Assembly (NCBI GenBank): GCA_944358695.1
Contig: CALVRM010000018.1
Span: 1 to 58,099 of the forward strand
Reading direction: 5' to 3'
Source of the DNA: an uncultured Bacilli bacterium
GTDB taxonomy: Bacteria > Bacillota_I > Bacilli_A > RF39 > UBA660
Length of the DNA stretch: 58,099 nucleotides
The notes below the pieces were generated by a model. It saw only the letters and a program-made list of their open reading frames with translations, was not told the DNA's origin and made no database searches. Both the position numbers and the translations under genes were made by a program. Shown here piece after piece: positions 19,148 through 29,506 of the stretch (position 1 is the first letter of the stretch; every line of letters begins with the position of its first letter).

Positions 19148-19157
19148 AAAGATAAAG

Positions 19158-20291
19158 TTATTTAATAATGGGTTTATGTTTATATTCCATTAAGGTTAAA
19201 TTAACTTTATCTTTTTCTTTAGCATAATAAATATAACTTACTTTCATTTCAATTTCTAACATTTTGTATTTATTGGTGTATCCGGTAATAATCGGTAAAG
19301 CTGATTCTTTTTTTGCTTGTTTTAAGTATTTTTGGCCTTGTTTATTGAAACCTAAAACACGAATATATTCTGGTTCTCTAAAGGTTTTCGCATCTTTTTT
19401 AGTAAAGCCACAAAGGATATTAGTAAACATGCGATTTATTTTGTTATAAGTGTATCTTTTGGTTTTTACTTTAGTAATTAATTCTGCGAGACTAGTTGCT
19501 TCAAAAATGTATTTTTTAATACGATTTTCTATTCCTTCGTCGACATTTAGATATTGATTTAGGTTATTTATTTCACTAATTATTTTATATTTTAGAAGGC
19601 TAAAGTATTGTTCATTGAAATGCATGTTATTTTGAAGTGCTTGATATGTTTCTTTTGGAACATATTCTTTGATGCTTTTATGATGTTTAATAGCTTCTCT
19701 AATACTGGTAGCGGAAGTTATTTTGCTTTTTAATTCTTTACTATGGTAGTCATTGGTTCTTTGAATAGTAATAGGAGTAATCTTACTACCATTTAGCTCT
19801 TTAATATAGCTTAGGCCTAACAAATCATTTGGACTATCTATTTTTATTTTTGTTAGACTATGAACAGCTTTTGATAAACTGGTTGGATAGCTAATACCAC
19901 TATTCATATATTTTTGAACTAATTTATTAAATTGTTTTGTTTTTTGCACTTTAGCTATTTTCTTTAATTCTATTGGGGTTAAAGTCTCAGTACCAAAGAC
20001 AATTTTGTCAACATTAAGGTTTTTTAAAATTGTAATAGCACCATGGGCAAAAATATCAGCTGATTGGATACTAAAAACGAATGGAAGTTCAATTACTAAG
20101 TCGACATAGTTTAAAGCTATTTCGGTTTTTTTCCACTTGTCAATGATACTAACATCACCTCTTTGAGTGAAGTTTCCACTCATAACTAAAATTATTGTGC
20201 TGTCAGGAGCTATTTCTTTAATTTTATTTATGTGATGAATATGCCCATTATGAAAAGGGTTATACTCACAAATTATTCCAATACTTTCCAT
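19158..20291 (-). CDS. tmcAL: tRNA(Met) cytidine acetate ligase (YlbM-type HIGH nucleotidyltransferase)
   Basis: GIICEYNPFHNGH, MSGNFTQRG, PNDLLG, SATSIR, KTKRYT; near yceD-rpmF as in Bacillus. Confidence 0.9.
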   Translation of the reverse strand: MESIGIICEYNPFHNGHIHHINKIKEIAPDSTIILVMSGNFTQRGDVSIIDKWKKTEIALNYVDLVIELPFVFSIQSADIFAHGAITILKNLNVDKIVFGTETLTPIELKKIAKVQKTKQFNKLVQKYMNSGISYPTSLSKAVHSLTKIKIDSPNDLLGLSYIKELNGSKITPITIQRTNDYHSKELKSKITSATSIREAIKHHKSIKEYVPKETYQALQNNMHFNEQYFSLLKYKIISEINNLNQYLNVDEGIENRIKKYIFEATSLAELITKVKTKRYTYNKINRMFTNILCGFTKKDAKTFREPEYIRVLGFNKQGQKYLKQAKKESALPIITGYTNKYKMLEIEMKVSYIYYAKEKDKVNLTLMEYKHKPIIK

Positions 20292-20330
20292 TGTTACCTC
20301 CTTTATTATTGGTAAAAAAATATGTTTGAA

Positions 20331-20843
20331 TTAACATATTTTATTTTTTTCTAAATATAAGACGTTAGGGTAGCTATAGTTTAAGATTTTATCCAAATCT
20401 TTAGTGCTAATTTCGGCTGACATATCTGGAACACCAACTGAACAAATAAAAGCATCATAGTCTAAAACGACTTTATCAACAATTACAGTGTCAACAATGT
20501 CGTTAATGTAACCAAAAGCAGCTACGCTACCAGGAACACAGCCAATAATTTCAGTCATTTCGTCGCTACTGACAATGTTAACTTTTTCACCAATTAGACC
20601 TTTGATTCTTTTAGAATCTAGTTTTTGATCTTCAGTAGTTATATAGATATAAAATTTACCTGATTTTCCTTTAACAAACAAACTTTTAGTTTCTTTACCA
20701 GTCCATCCTAATTCTTCATCTACTTTAGCTGCAATTTCAAAATTTAAAATTGGTTCATGGCTTGCTAATTTGCAATCGATGTTTAATTTTTTTAATATGT
20801 TTAAAATATTTTCTTTTAACTCTTCTTTTTTCATATTTATCAC
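20331..20843 (-). CDS. YbaK/ProX-family aminoacyl-tRNA deacylase
   Basis: HEPI, TKSLFVK, GCVPGSVAAFG motifs. Confidence 0.85.
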   Translation of the reverse strand: MINMKKEELKENILNILKKLNIDCKLASHEPILNFEIAAKVDEELGWTGKETKSLFVKGKSGKFYIYITTEDQKLDSKRIKGLIGEKVNIVSSDEMTEIIGCVPGSVAAFGYINDIVDTVIVDKVVLDYDAFICSVGVPDMSAEISTKDLDKILNYSYPNVLYLEKNKIC

Positions 20844-20876
20844 CTATGATTATTATAACATATTTTAAATTTTCAT

Positions 20877-20919
20877 TTTACATTTTTGCGAAAAAAGTAG
20901 GTCTATGGAGAATGTTACT
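20877..20919. repeat. Dispersed 43-bp intergenic element, copy 1
   Basis: tttacatttttgcgaaaaaagtaggtctatggagaatgttact; 39/43 identical to 33747-33789. Confidence 0.85.
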
Positions 20920-20927
20920 ATAATAAT

Positions 20928-20956
20928 TTGCTTTATAAAGACTTTTCGTATATAAT
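20928..20956 (+). promoter_or_regulatory. SigA promoter of yceD-rpmF
   Basis: TTGCTT-N17-TATAAT. Confidence 0.6.
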
Positions 20957-20967
20957 GTTAATGCGAG

Positions 20968-21453
20968 GTGATGTTATTGCAGATCGATATTGCTAATTTA
21001 CATTCAGGTTTAGAGAATTTTATAACTATTGATGAAACATATTCTTTTGATAAGGAAATGTTAAAAGATACAGAAATTACCGCACTTAAAGATGTAAAAA
21101 TCGTAGGTGATATTACTAAAAATAGTTTAGATGAATATATTATAAATGTAGTAATATCAGGGATAATGGTGTTGCCATGTGCTTTAACGTTAAAGCCGGT
21201 TGATTATCAGTTTGAAACGAATATTTCAGGTAATTTGGCTGACGTTTTTGAAGAATTTGGAGAAAATTACGAAAACAATCAAAAAACTATTGATATTTTG
21301 CCAATAATATGGGAAAATATATTAATGGAAATTCCCATTAGAGTTATTAGTGATGACATTAGTGGTGTAAAAACGAAAGGTGATGGCTGGGAATTAATTA
21401 CCGATGATGGTATGGGTAATTCTAGCTTATCAAAACTGAAAGACTTATTATAG
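20968..21453 (+). CDS. YceD/DUF177 family protein
   Basis: LPCALTLKPV, IDILPIIWENILMEIP, GDGW; immediately upstream of rpmF. Confidence 0.88.
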   Translation: MMLLQIDIANLHSGLENFITIDETYSFDKEMLKDTEITALKDVKIVGDITKNSLDEYIINVVISGIMVLPCALTLKPVDYQFETNISGNLADVFEEFGENYENNQKTIDILPIIWENILMEIPIRVISDDISGVKTKGDGWELITDDGMGNSSLSKLKDLL

Positions 21454-21465
21454 GAGGTGTGAGAA

Positions 21466-21654
21466 ATGGCTGTACCAGCTAGAAAAGTAAGTAATACTAG
21501 AGGTAGAAAACGTCGTACACATTATAAAATAGATGAAAAGACCACAACTAAGTGTCCTAAATGTGGCGCTGACGTAAAACCACATAGAGTTTGTAAAGCG
21601 TGTGGAACTTATAAAGGAAAAGAAGTTATTCAAATTGAAGAAGAAACAGCATAG
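21466..21654 (+). CDS. rpmF: 50S ribosomal protein L32
   Basis: [20 protein letters not shown]...HRVCKACG. Confidence 0.97.
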   Translation: MAVPARKVSNTRGRKRRTHYKIDEKTTTKCPKCGADVKPHRVCKACGTYKGKEVIQIEEETA

Positions 21655-21765
21655 TTTCTTTTTTTTTGCTGATAAAGAATAAGGGGTTTTTGAGATAACT
21701 TTTCTTAGAGGAAAACAATTGGATAGTTCAGACATTTTGAAAAAAATTCACAATAGCTGTGAATT

Positions 21766-22896
21766 TTAATTTGTATAACGCATATTTTCATTTGAGATAT
21801 TAAAGATTAAACCCATTGCCAGCATATAGCTTAGTAAGCTTGATCCACCGTAACTGATAAATGGCAGAGTTATTCCGGTTATTGGTAGTAAGCCAAAGGT
21901 CATTCCAATGTTTTGAATTTGTTGATAAATGAGCATTCCAGCTACGCCAGCTATAATATATTTATTGATTAATTTATTGGTTTTAACAGCCATCATAATA
22001 AGCCTGATATCAAAGAAAGCAATGAGTGCTAATAAAAGAACTGAACCGATAAATCCAAAATGACTTGAAAAAACAGCAAATATAAAGTCTGTTTGCGCCT
22101 CTGGAAAGTAAATAGGATTAGTATTCCAACCGTGCCCAAATAGACCGGCCGAGCCAATTGCGCTTAAGCTGTTTTCCAGTTGAAATCCACTTTGATTAGA
22201 CCAATCTAATAAACGATCAACTCTTAGAAAGAAGCTTGTACCAAAGATTTTAATGAATAAGTCTTGGCTAATGAAATAAACGCCAAGTATGAGAGCAATC
22301 GTAATACCAATAATACCAAATAAGATGGCAAACCACCTATATCTTATACCTGAGACAAATAGCATAACTAAAGTAATTAATAGATAGATTAGAACGACAC
22401 CGGTATCGGGTTGCATGAAAGTAAGGATGCTTGGTATTAAAACGATTAACCCGATTTTAATTAAAAAATAAAGTTCTTCTCTAAGGCTTGGATTTGGAAA
22501 GTCTTCATTAAATTTGGCAATTAGTGTCGCATTAGTGATTATTAGTATTATTTTCATGAATTCTGAAGGTTGAATGGTACCAATTCCCTTTATTTCATAC
22601 CAACAGGTGGCATCATTAATGCTGACTCCGAAAAAGAATAGTCCAATTAGAGCGATAATACCAACGCCATATAGAAACCAAGTTATCCGGTAGATCCAAC
22701 TATTACCAATAGTCATGACTAGATAGGCAAGAATAAAGCCAGCTATATACCACATTGTTTGTTTGATTACCAGATTGTCCATATGACTTGGTAGAATACT
22801 ATTTGCCCCATAAAGGGTTATAATACTGATGATAGCGAACAAAACGATGGGGATTAATATTGTTTTATCTACTTTAAATTTAGAAATGTTTTTCAT
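21766..22896 (-). CDS. SEDS family peptidoglycan glycosyltransferase (RodA/FtsW)
   Basis: IQPSEFMK, QPDTG, PEAQTDFIFA, PITGITLPFISYGGSS; about 10 TM helices. Confidence 0.93.
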   Translation of the reverse strand: MKNISKFKVDKTILIPIVLFAIISIITLYGANSILPSHMDNLVIKQTMWYIAGFILAYLVMTIGNSWIYRITWFLYGVGIIALIGLFFFGVSINDATCWYEIKGIGTIQPSEFMKIILIITNATLIAKFNEDFPNPSLREELYFLIKIGLIVLIPSILTFMQPDTGVVLIYLLITLVMLFVSGIRYRWFAILFGIIGITIALILGVYFISQDLFIKIFGTSFFLRVDRLLDWSNQSGFQLENSLSAIGSAGLFGHGWNTNPIYFPEAQTDFIFAVFSSHFGFIGSVLLLALIAFFDIRLIMMAVKTNKLINKYIIAGVAGMLIYQQIQNIGMTFGLLPITGITLPFISYGGSSLLSYMLAMGLIFNISNENMRYTN

Positions 22897-23002
22897 GTTA
22901 TCACCATTAAATATAATACACTAACTTACTTAAATATACAATTATTATGAAAAAAGTTTTAAAAAAATCATAATTTATAGTATAATAATATATGGTGATA
23001 AA

Positions 23003-23317
23003 ATGGTTTGGCAATATATAATAATTATATTAGTATTGATTTTAATTGCGTTTGCTATTGTAAGATCTAAAAATAAAGATTTTAAATTAGATGCGAATAA
23101 ATTAGTTCAGTATTTAGGTGGTAAAGCGAATATTATTAATTATGAGGTTAATAATTCACGCTTTGTTGTTAATTTGCATAATATCTCTTTAGTAAACAAA
23201 GAAGCCATTCAAAAAATGGGGGCTCAAGGGATTGTTGAGATTGATAATCAACTTAAAATCATCTTAGGTGAAGAAGCAAAACAATTAAAAAAATACATTG
23301 ATGATTTAAAAGACTAA
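23003..23317 (+). CDS. Single-TM protein with a degenerate glucose/sucrose-type PTS EIIB-like domain
   Basis: LGGKANI...SRF.V.L...GAQGIV....L.IILG pattern; contains no cysteine. Confidence 0.7.
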   Translation: MVWQYIIIILVLILIAFAIVRSKNKDFKLDANKLVQYLGGKANIINYEVNNSRFVVNLHNISLVNKEAIQKMGAQGIVEIDNQLKIILGEEAKQLKKYIDDLKD

Positions 23318-23368
23318 ATGGTCTTTTTTTTGACACTTTTTTATGTAAAAATGCAATTTTCCCTTTTA

Positions 23369-23385
23369 TTCGACATTTTTTGACA
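23369..23385 (-). promoter_or_regulatory. Putative tandem Spo0A boxes
   Basis: ttcgaca (reverse complement TGTCGAA, a perfect 0A box) and tttgaca (TGTCAAA), just upstream of the kinase gene. Confidence 0.5.
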
Positions 23386-23411
23386 TCTTATTTTTTTAAA
23401 ATGATAATGAG

Positions 23412-24659
23412 GTGATTGTTGTGGAAGTGTTTGATAATGTATTGATAAATGTTTTGCAAATTGTAGTTCCTTTTGCGATTTATTTATTTTATGTTGCTTA
23501 TAAGAACATTGATGATGATAGAGAAAATGAATTAGCCATTATTTTAACTATTTTTTCTTCAATGTATATTGGAATTAAATTTAGTGTTCCAATTATAAAT
23601 GGTTTGCCAATGGTAATTATGAATATTCCGCTTATTATGTCTTATTATAAGAAAAATAATATTGCAATTGCAATGTCTTCAATTGTTCTTGTAATATATA
23701 ATTATAAATTTTATGATGCCTTTTTAATATTACTTATTTTAGAATATTTATTATATTATATTATTTATAGAGTATTTATAAAGAAGTTTAATATTAATTG
23801 GTTTGTAATAGCTTTTACAGTAATAAAGACACTTTTTATGGTAGGTACTTTAACGGTTATGCAGATTCAAACGTTGGATAAATATTTTGGTGTATTGTCG
23901 CTGGGAATTATATTTGCTTTTATAGCTTTGGGAATTATTTATTTATTACAAAAAGCTGAAGAGATTTTAAAGGTCCATACATCAATTAAAGAAATAGAGC
24001 ATGATAAGCAAATAAGAACAATGCTATTTCAAATTACACACGAAATAAAAAATCCTATTGCTGTTTGTAAAGGTTATTTAGATATGTTTGATGTTAACAA
24101 TGCTGAACATGCGAAAAGGTATGTGCCGATTATGAAAGATGAAATAGATAGAACTTTAATATTACTTGAAGATTTTTTATCAATGAATAGGGTGAGACTT
24201 AATAAGGATATTTTGGATATTAATTTATTGGTAAATGATGTTATTGATAGTTATGATCTATTGTTAAAAGAGCATAAAGTTAAGGTTAAAAAAGAAATAC
24301 TAGATGATGAGGTTTATGTTGATGGTGATTATAATAAACTTACTCAAGTCTTTGTTAATATTATTAAAAATAGTGTTGAAGCTTTGGATAAAATTCCGGT
24401 TATAGAGGTAAAAACAGAAGTTAAAAATAAAAAAATTTATATTTATTTTAAAGATAATGGCATTGGCATTCCCAAAAATGTTTTGGATAAAATAAAGGAA
24501 CCATTTTTTACAACTAAAACAAAGGGAACAGGGTTAGGAGTGTCATTATCTTATGGAATTATTGAAGCTCATGGTGGGAAAATCATTTATGATTCAGAAG
24601 AAGGAGTATATACGCTAGTTACTGTGGTTTTGCCAACTGTGGAAATTTCAAATTATTAG
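23412..24659 (+). CDS. Orphan multi-TM sensor histidine kinase (sporulation kinase-like)
   Basis: H-box ITHEIKNPI, N-box QVFVNIIKNS, DNGIG, PFFTTK..GTGLG; no adjacent response regulator. Confidence 0.9.
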   Translation: MIVVEVFDNVLINVLQIVVPFAIYLFYVAYKNIDDDRENELAIILTIFSSMYIGIKFSVPIINGLPMVIMNIPLIMSYYKKNNIAIAMSSIVLVIYNYKFYDAFLILLILEYLLYYIIYRVFIKKFNINWFVIAFTVIKTLFMVGTLTVMQIQTLDKYFGVLSLGIIFAFIALGIIYLLQKAEEILKVHTSIKEIEHDKQIRTMLFQITHEIKNPIAVCKGYLDMFDVNNAEHAKRYVPIMKDEIDRTLILLEDFLSMNRVRLNKDILDINLLVNDVIDSYDLLLKEHKVKVKKEILDDEVYVDGDYNKLTQVFVNIIKNSVEALDKIPVIEVKTEVKNKKIYIYFKDNGIGIPKNVLDKIKEPFFTTKTKGTGLGVSLSYGIIEAHGGKIIYDSEEGVYTLVTVVLPTVEISNY

Positions 24660-24694
24660 TAAAGAAAAAAGCTTTATACTTTTTGGGTATAGAG

Positions 24695-25636
24695 CTATTT
24701 TAATTCTGAGTAGTAGTTTTTATCAAAATTATGATTGGTTGAGTCGAGTTTTAATAGACTATTGGTATCGATGAGAAAGAATTTGTGAAGTAATAGATTA
24801 CTGTGATCGCTAGTGACTGGGTCATCCCATGTTAGATCTAGGTGTAGCCATTTATTGTTTATGTACACTAAATTCCAAATATGATTATCATTAGAAATTT
24901 TATAATTTGGTAGTTTTAATTCGTCGAGGAAAAGTTTCATGGCATCGCTATAACCACTGCATAAAGCTTGCCCCTCTAGTAAAGGTCCATTAGCCTTATG
25001 GGAGTTATATTTAAAGTTTTCATCATTGCCTTTTTCTATTTGAATGGCTCTTTCTTCGTCATATACAGAATGATTAATTAAATAGTCATGGTAGGCTTTA
25101 ATTTTATCTTCATTGGACATATTATCTTTGATTATTTCTTTTTTTATTTCAGCCATTTTATTATTAATATTAGTTATATCCTCTTCAGTGTATAGTTTAT
25201 TGATTTCAATGGTGGCTTTACCGTAGGAGTTTATAGTTATATATAATTTTTTATAACTATTATAAGGTGATACCATATTATTTATTACAGAAAGTAATGT
25301 TTGATTTTCAGAAATATTTTTTAAATCATTTGAACATTCTTTATAAGTTTTATCGCAATAAAAAGTGAAATTATCTTGGCCACTATTTAAAACTGTATAT
25401 ATTGTATTTAAAATATCTTGTTTGTTTTTTACGTGAAAGTTATTAGTAGTTTGGACAAATTGAAATTGATAATCATTTTTATAATTATTGTTGTTAGGAG
25501 CAGTAATTTTGGTATTTTGAGCAATATTGCTCATAACAAAAGTAACTATTTCTGTTCGATATAAAAAACAAAAAATAAGTATTACCAATAATATTAATGT
25601 GGAAATATGGATTTTATGTTTTTTCATTTTCTTCAC
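24695..25636 (-). CDS. Membrane-anchored transglutaminase-like (Cys-His-Asp) protein
   Basis: ALCSGYS, HIWNLV, WLHLDLTWDD; N-terminal TM helix. Confidence 0.85.
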   Translation of the reverse strand: MKKMKKHKIHISTLILLVILIFCFLYRTEIVTFVMSNIAQNTKITAPNNNNYKNDYQFQFVQTTNNFHVKNKQDILNTIYTVLNSGQDNFTFYCDKTYKECSNDLKNISENQTLLSVINNMVSPYNSYKKLYITINSYGKATIEINKLYTEEDITNINNKMAEIKKEIIKDNMSNEDKIKAYHDYLINHSVYDEERAIQIEKGNDENFKYNSHKANGPLLEGQALCSGYSDAMKLFLDELKLPNYKISNDNHIWNLVYINNKWLHLDLTWDDPVTSDHSNLLLHKFFLIDTNSLLKLDSTNHNFDKNYYSELK

Positions 25637-25666
25637 CTATAAACATTATACCAAAAAAAAAGTAAA

Positions 25667-25930
25667 TTATTTCATTTCATTTACTTTTTTAGTTAATCTT
25701 GACTTTTCACGGGCACATTTATTTTTAGCCACTACATTTGCACCAGCCGCTTTGTCGATTTTTTTAATCGCAGTTTTTAAAGCATCCTCGGCTTTATTTT
25801 TATCTTTAGTTAAAACGGCTTTTTCAACGTTTTTAATTGCAGTTTTCATACTAGCTGAATAGTTATTATTGCGAATATTTTTTTTCGCATTCACTAAAAT
25901 TCTTTTTTCAGCATTTTTCATATTGGCCAT
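25667..25930 (-). CDS. rpsT: 30S ribosomal protein S20
   Basis: MANMKNAEKR...MKTAIK...IDKAA...AREKSRL; RBS GGAGG before ATG 25930; divergent from gpr. Confidence 0.95.
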   Translation of the reverse strand: MANMKNAEKRILVNAKKNIRNNNYSASMKTAIKNVEKAVLTKDKNKAEDALKTAIKKIDKAAGANVVAKNKCAREKSRLTKKVNEMK

Positions 25931-25988
25931 AATTTCACCTCCAAGCCACAGCACGTAAATACATTTTAACAAAAAATAGAAAAAAAAG

Positions 25989-26018
25989 CAATAAAAACAT
26001 GTTTTTTTGGGAAAAATA
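25989..26018 (+). promoter_or_regulatory. Possible SigF-type forespore promoter for gpr
   Basis: CAATA-N15-GGGAAAAATA. The -10 fits the SigF consensus and the -35 is imperfect; gpr is SigF/SigG controlled in B. subtilis. Confidence 0.4.
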
Positions 26019-26036
26019 GTTAATGAGGTGATAAAA

Positions 26037-27044
26037 GTGGGTCATAAAATAGATTTGAGTGAGTTTCAAGTACGTACAGATTTAGCGATTGAGTTAGTAA
26101 AAGAAGGCGTTAATACAAGGCAAGTAGGCGATATTAAAGTCACTGATATTACGATCGATGAAGCGCAGGGTGCGGATATTAATAAGAAAGCTGGCACCTA
26201 TATTACAATAGAGTTTTCTGATATTACAGATTATGACAATAGTGAAAAGATTAAAACTGTTTTTATCGAAGAGTTAAAAAAACTATTAGTGAAAGTAAAT
26301 GCTACTGCCAACAGCACTTGTTTAGTTATTGGACTTGGTAATGAGAAAACGACGCCAGATGCGGTTGGACCTTTAACAGTTTCCAAAACAATTGTTACTA
26401 ATCATTTATATGTATATGGGCAATTAGAACAAGGTTTTAGGCGTGTCTTTGCTTTATCACCAGGTGTGATGGGGGAAACTGGCATTGAAACTAGTGATTT
26501 GATTAAAGGGGTGGTTGATAAAATTAAACCTGATTTTGTAATTACAGTGGATGCTTTGGCTAGTAGTTCAATAGAAAGGGTTAATAAAACGATTCAAATG
26601 ACAGATGCAGGTATTAATCCGGGTAGTGGAGTGGGAAATAAGCGTAAGGAGATTAGTAAAGTGACGATTGGCGTGCCGGTGATTGCTGTTGGGGTACCGA
26701 CGGTAGTGGATGCGGCTTCAATTGTTAGTGATACAATTAATTATATGTATAAAAACTTTGCTTATACAAAAGCTAATATTAATAACCCTGCTCAAAAATT
26801 AAAAATTAAAGTAAACTACTTGAATAAGGATATTGAAATCCACGATGATGATAAGAAAAATTTATTTGGTATTGTTGGATCTTTAAGTGAAGACGAAGTG
26901 AAAACTTTGATTTATGAAGTTTTAAATCCTGTTGGATATAATTTGATGGTAACGCCTAAGGAAGAAGATTTTATTGTGGAAAAGATATCAGATGTTATTA
27001 GTGGCGGAATAAATGGAGCCCTTCACAAAAAGGTTGAAAATTAA
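26037..27044 (+). CDS. gpr: Germination protease GPR
   Basis: VRTDLA autocleavage site, GLGN...TPDAVGP, PGVMGETGIET, DALAS, PGSGVGNKR, GVPTVVDA, LMVTPKE. Confidence 0.96.
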   Translation: MGHKIDLSEFQVRTDLAIELVKEGVNTRQVGDIKVTDITIDEAQGADINKKAGTYITIEFSDITDYDNSEKIKTVFIEELKKLLVKVNATANSTCLVIGLGNEKTTPDAVGPLTVSKTIVTNHLYVYGQLEQGFRRVFALSPGVMGETGIETSDLIKGVVDKIKPDFVITVDALASSSIERVNKTIQMTDAGINPGSGVGNKRKEISKVTIGVPVIAVGVPTVVDAASIVSDTINYMYKNFAYTKANINNPAQKLKIKVNYLNKDIEIHDDDKKNLFGIVGSLSEDEVKTLIYEVLNPVGYNLMVTPKEEDFIVEKISDVISGGINGALHKKVEN

Positions 27045-27258
27045 CAATAGGGTTGATTGTTTTTTGTTTGAGTCGTTATTATATATTTCTTCTTTCTCTA
27101 AATTATGGGGGTATAATAAAAAAGGCAAATGAAAAGTAGACACAAAAATAAGTGTTTACTTTTTTGTATATTTTGTTAATATTTGTCATAAATGCTTTTT
27201 CTACATTTTATTTACACATATTTTCATATAATGTGAATAAATATGAGTAGGTGAGAAT

Positions 27259-28215
27259 ATGAAAAAAATTAGGCTAAAAAAGAGAAGAAAATTTAAATTT
27301 AGAATTTTTTTGTATGCTTTTTTAGTGTTTCTTGGTTATCAGGTATCTTTTAACGTAATAATGAATTTGAAATTGGTTCATACAAATGAGGATTTTATAA
27401 AGGCATTGCTTGTAGATTCTAATTATCATTTGCTGTATGAAAAAAAGGCTAATAATTTACTAAGCAAAGCTTTTTCTTATTTTTTTGATGTGAATGAGCC
27501 AGTATCAATATTAGAAAATACTTTTCATTATAAAGCTAATAAAGTAGATACACAGACCGTAGGTTATGTTAATAATCCGAATACTACTGAAGAAAAGCTT
27601 GAGGAAGAGCCTTCAGTTTATATTTATAATACTCACCAAGCTGAAGCCTATAAAGGCGAGGGACTATCACAATATAATATTACGCCTGGCGTGATGATGG
27701 CTTCTTATATTTTTCAGGATAAATTAGCTAAATTAAAGGTGAATGCTTTGGTGTTAGAAGATAATTTAGTTGATTATATGAATTTAAACAATATGAAACA
27801 TTCGCAAAGTTATAAAGCAAGTAGGTATTTTATTTCCAAGACAATTAAAAATACTGAATCATTGAAATTAGTTTTTGATTTGCATCGTGATAGTATTCCA
27901 AAGGAAAAATCGACAGTAGTTATTAATAATAAATCATGCGCGAAAATAGCTTTTGTTGTCGGCAATGAATATGATAATTATGAGCAAAATTTAGAGCTTA
28001 CTAATAAGCTTAATCAAATGATTAAGGAAAAATATCCAACTTTGACAAGAGGCGTTTTAATTAAAGGTGGTTCTGGCAATAATGGGGTTTATAATCAGGA
28101 CTTAAGTCCTAAAATGACTTTAATGGAGCTAGGTTCGGATTCAAATACAATTGATGAGGTTTTAAATACCATTGAACTTTTAGCACCAATAATAGGAGAG
28201 TTTGTCCATGGATAA
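27259..28215 (+). CDS. spoIIP: Stage II sporulation protein P
   Basis: YIYNTHQAE, SYKASR, DLHRDS, GVYNQDLSP, ELG...NT; follows gpr. Confidence 0.93.
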   Translation: MKKIRLKKRRKFKFRIFLYAFLVFLGYQVSFNVIMNLKLVHTNEDFIKALLVDSNYHLLYEKKANNLLSKAFSYFFDVNEPVSILENTFHYKANKVDTQTVGYVNNPNTTEEKLEEEPSVYIYNTHQAEAYKGEGLSQYNITPGVMMASYIFQDKLAKLKVNALVLEDNLVDYMNLNNMKHSQSYKASRYFISKTIKNTESLKLVFDLHRDSIPKEKSTVVINNKSCAKIAFVVGNEYDNYEQNLELTNKLNQMIKEKYPTLTRGVLIKGGSGNNGVYNQDLSPKMTLMELGSDSNTIDEVLNTIELLAPIIGEFVHG

Positions 28216-28540
28216 AAGAAAGATATTGAAAAGAGTTTTTCGTTATTCACTAATGATTTGTTTTATATCTTTTTTAGCGCTTTATATGTCTCAAAGAACT
28301 GGTTATGTAGAATATGAAAATAGTAAACAAGTAGCCTTAACTGAAAAACAAATTAAGAAATTTGAGGCTGATGTAGCCGCTGGTAAGAAGATAGATATGG
28401 AGCAGTATTTGAAAACTAATGAGAAAAATTATCAAAATGTTATTTCAAGATTAGGACTAAAAATTTCTAAAACCGCTGGTGGTAGTGTGAAAACGATTGT
28501 TGAAAGTGGTTTTAAGGTTTTATCAAAACTTGGCGAGTAA
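28208..28540 (+). CDS. Small membrane protein (YqxA-like position)
   Basis: N-terminal TM helix; overlaps the spoIIP stop, at the same position as B. subtilis yqxA. Confidence 0.6.
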   Translation: MDKRKILKRVFRYSLMICFISFLALYMSQRTGYVEYENSKQVALTEKQIKKFEADVAAGKKIDMEQYLKTNEKNYQNVISRLGLKISKTAGGSVKTIVESGFKVLSKLGE

Positions 28541-28585
28541 GCTTTGAATAGATATGTGAAATGTGGTATGATAATTAAAGGTGAT

Positions 28586-29506
28586 ATGATGGATGAATTA
28601 ATAATTGGTAGTCATGTTTCTTATAATATAGCAGAAGGTTTAGCTGGTTGCGTATTAGAAACATTAAAATATGGGGCGAATGCATTTATGTTTTATACAG
28701 GTGCTCCGCAAAATACAATTCGGGCAGGGATTGACTTAGAACTTACGGATTTAGCTCATAAAACAATGAAAGAACAAGGTATTGATATAAAAAACGTTAT
28801 TATTCATGCGCCTTATATTATAAATTTAGCCAACAATAAGGATTTAGAAAAATATGATTTTTCGATTAACTTTTTAAAGCAGGAGCTTAAAAGAAGCGAG
28901 ATACTTGGTGTTAATAAAGTAGTTCTACACCCGGGTAGTCATGTTGGACTTGGTGAAGAGACGGGGCTAAATAATATTATTTATGCTTTAAATCAAGTTT
29001 TAGAAGGTGAAGGCCCAATTATTTGTTTGGAAACAATGGCGGGCAAGGGAACAGAACTTGGCAAAACCTTTGAGGAGATAAAAACGATAATTGATGGGGT
29101 TAGTAATAGCAAACGAATAATGGTATGCTTAGATACTTGTCATATTAGTGATGCTGGTTATGACTTGAATGACTTTGATAAGGTTTTATCTGAATTTGAT
29201 GAGGTGATTGGACTAGAGAAATTAGGTTGCGTTCATATAAATGATAGTAAAAATGTTTATGGATCGCATAAAGATCGTCATGCTAATATTGGGTTTGGTG
29301 AAATCGGTTTTGATAATATGATAAAAATTATTTATCATCAGGCATTAAAAAAAGTTCCTAAAATTTTAGAAACTCCTTATATTTCGGAAAATGATAGTTC
29401 AAAAAAGAGAACTTATCCACCATATAAACAGGAAATTGAAATGATTCGTGCAAAAAAGTTTAATCCTAATTTAATTACCGATATTAGAAAATATTATAAT
29501 AGGTAA
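28586..29506 (+). CDS. nfo: Endonuclease IV
   Basis: IGSHVS, HAPYIINLAN, HPGSH, LETMAGKG, CLDTCH, HINDSK, DRHANIG, ILETP. Confidence 0.97.
   Translation: MMDELIIGSHVSYNIAEGLAGCVLETLKYGANAFMFYTGAPQNTIRAGIDLELTDLAHKTMKEQGIDIKNVIIHAPYIINLANNKDLEKYDFSINFLKQELKRSEILGVNKVVLHPGSHVGLGEETGLNNIIYALNQVLEGEGPIICLETMAGKGTELGKTFEEIKTIIDGVSNSKRIMVCLDTCHISDAGYDLNDFDKVLSEFDEVIGLEKLGCVHINDSKNVYGSHKDRHANIGFGEIGFDNMIKIIYHQALKKVPKILETPYISENDSSKKRTYPPYKQEIEMIRAKKFNPNLITDIRKYYNR

Noticed and set aside
27132-27166. Palindrome aaaagtagacac-N8-gtgtttactttt as an IS end
   Set aside because: Adequately explained as a terminator after gpr; no transposase or target duplication seen.
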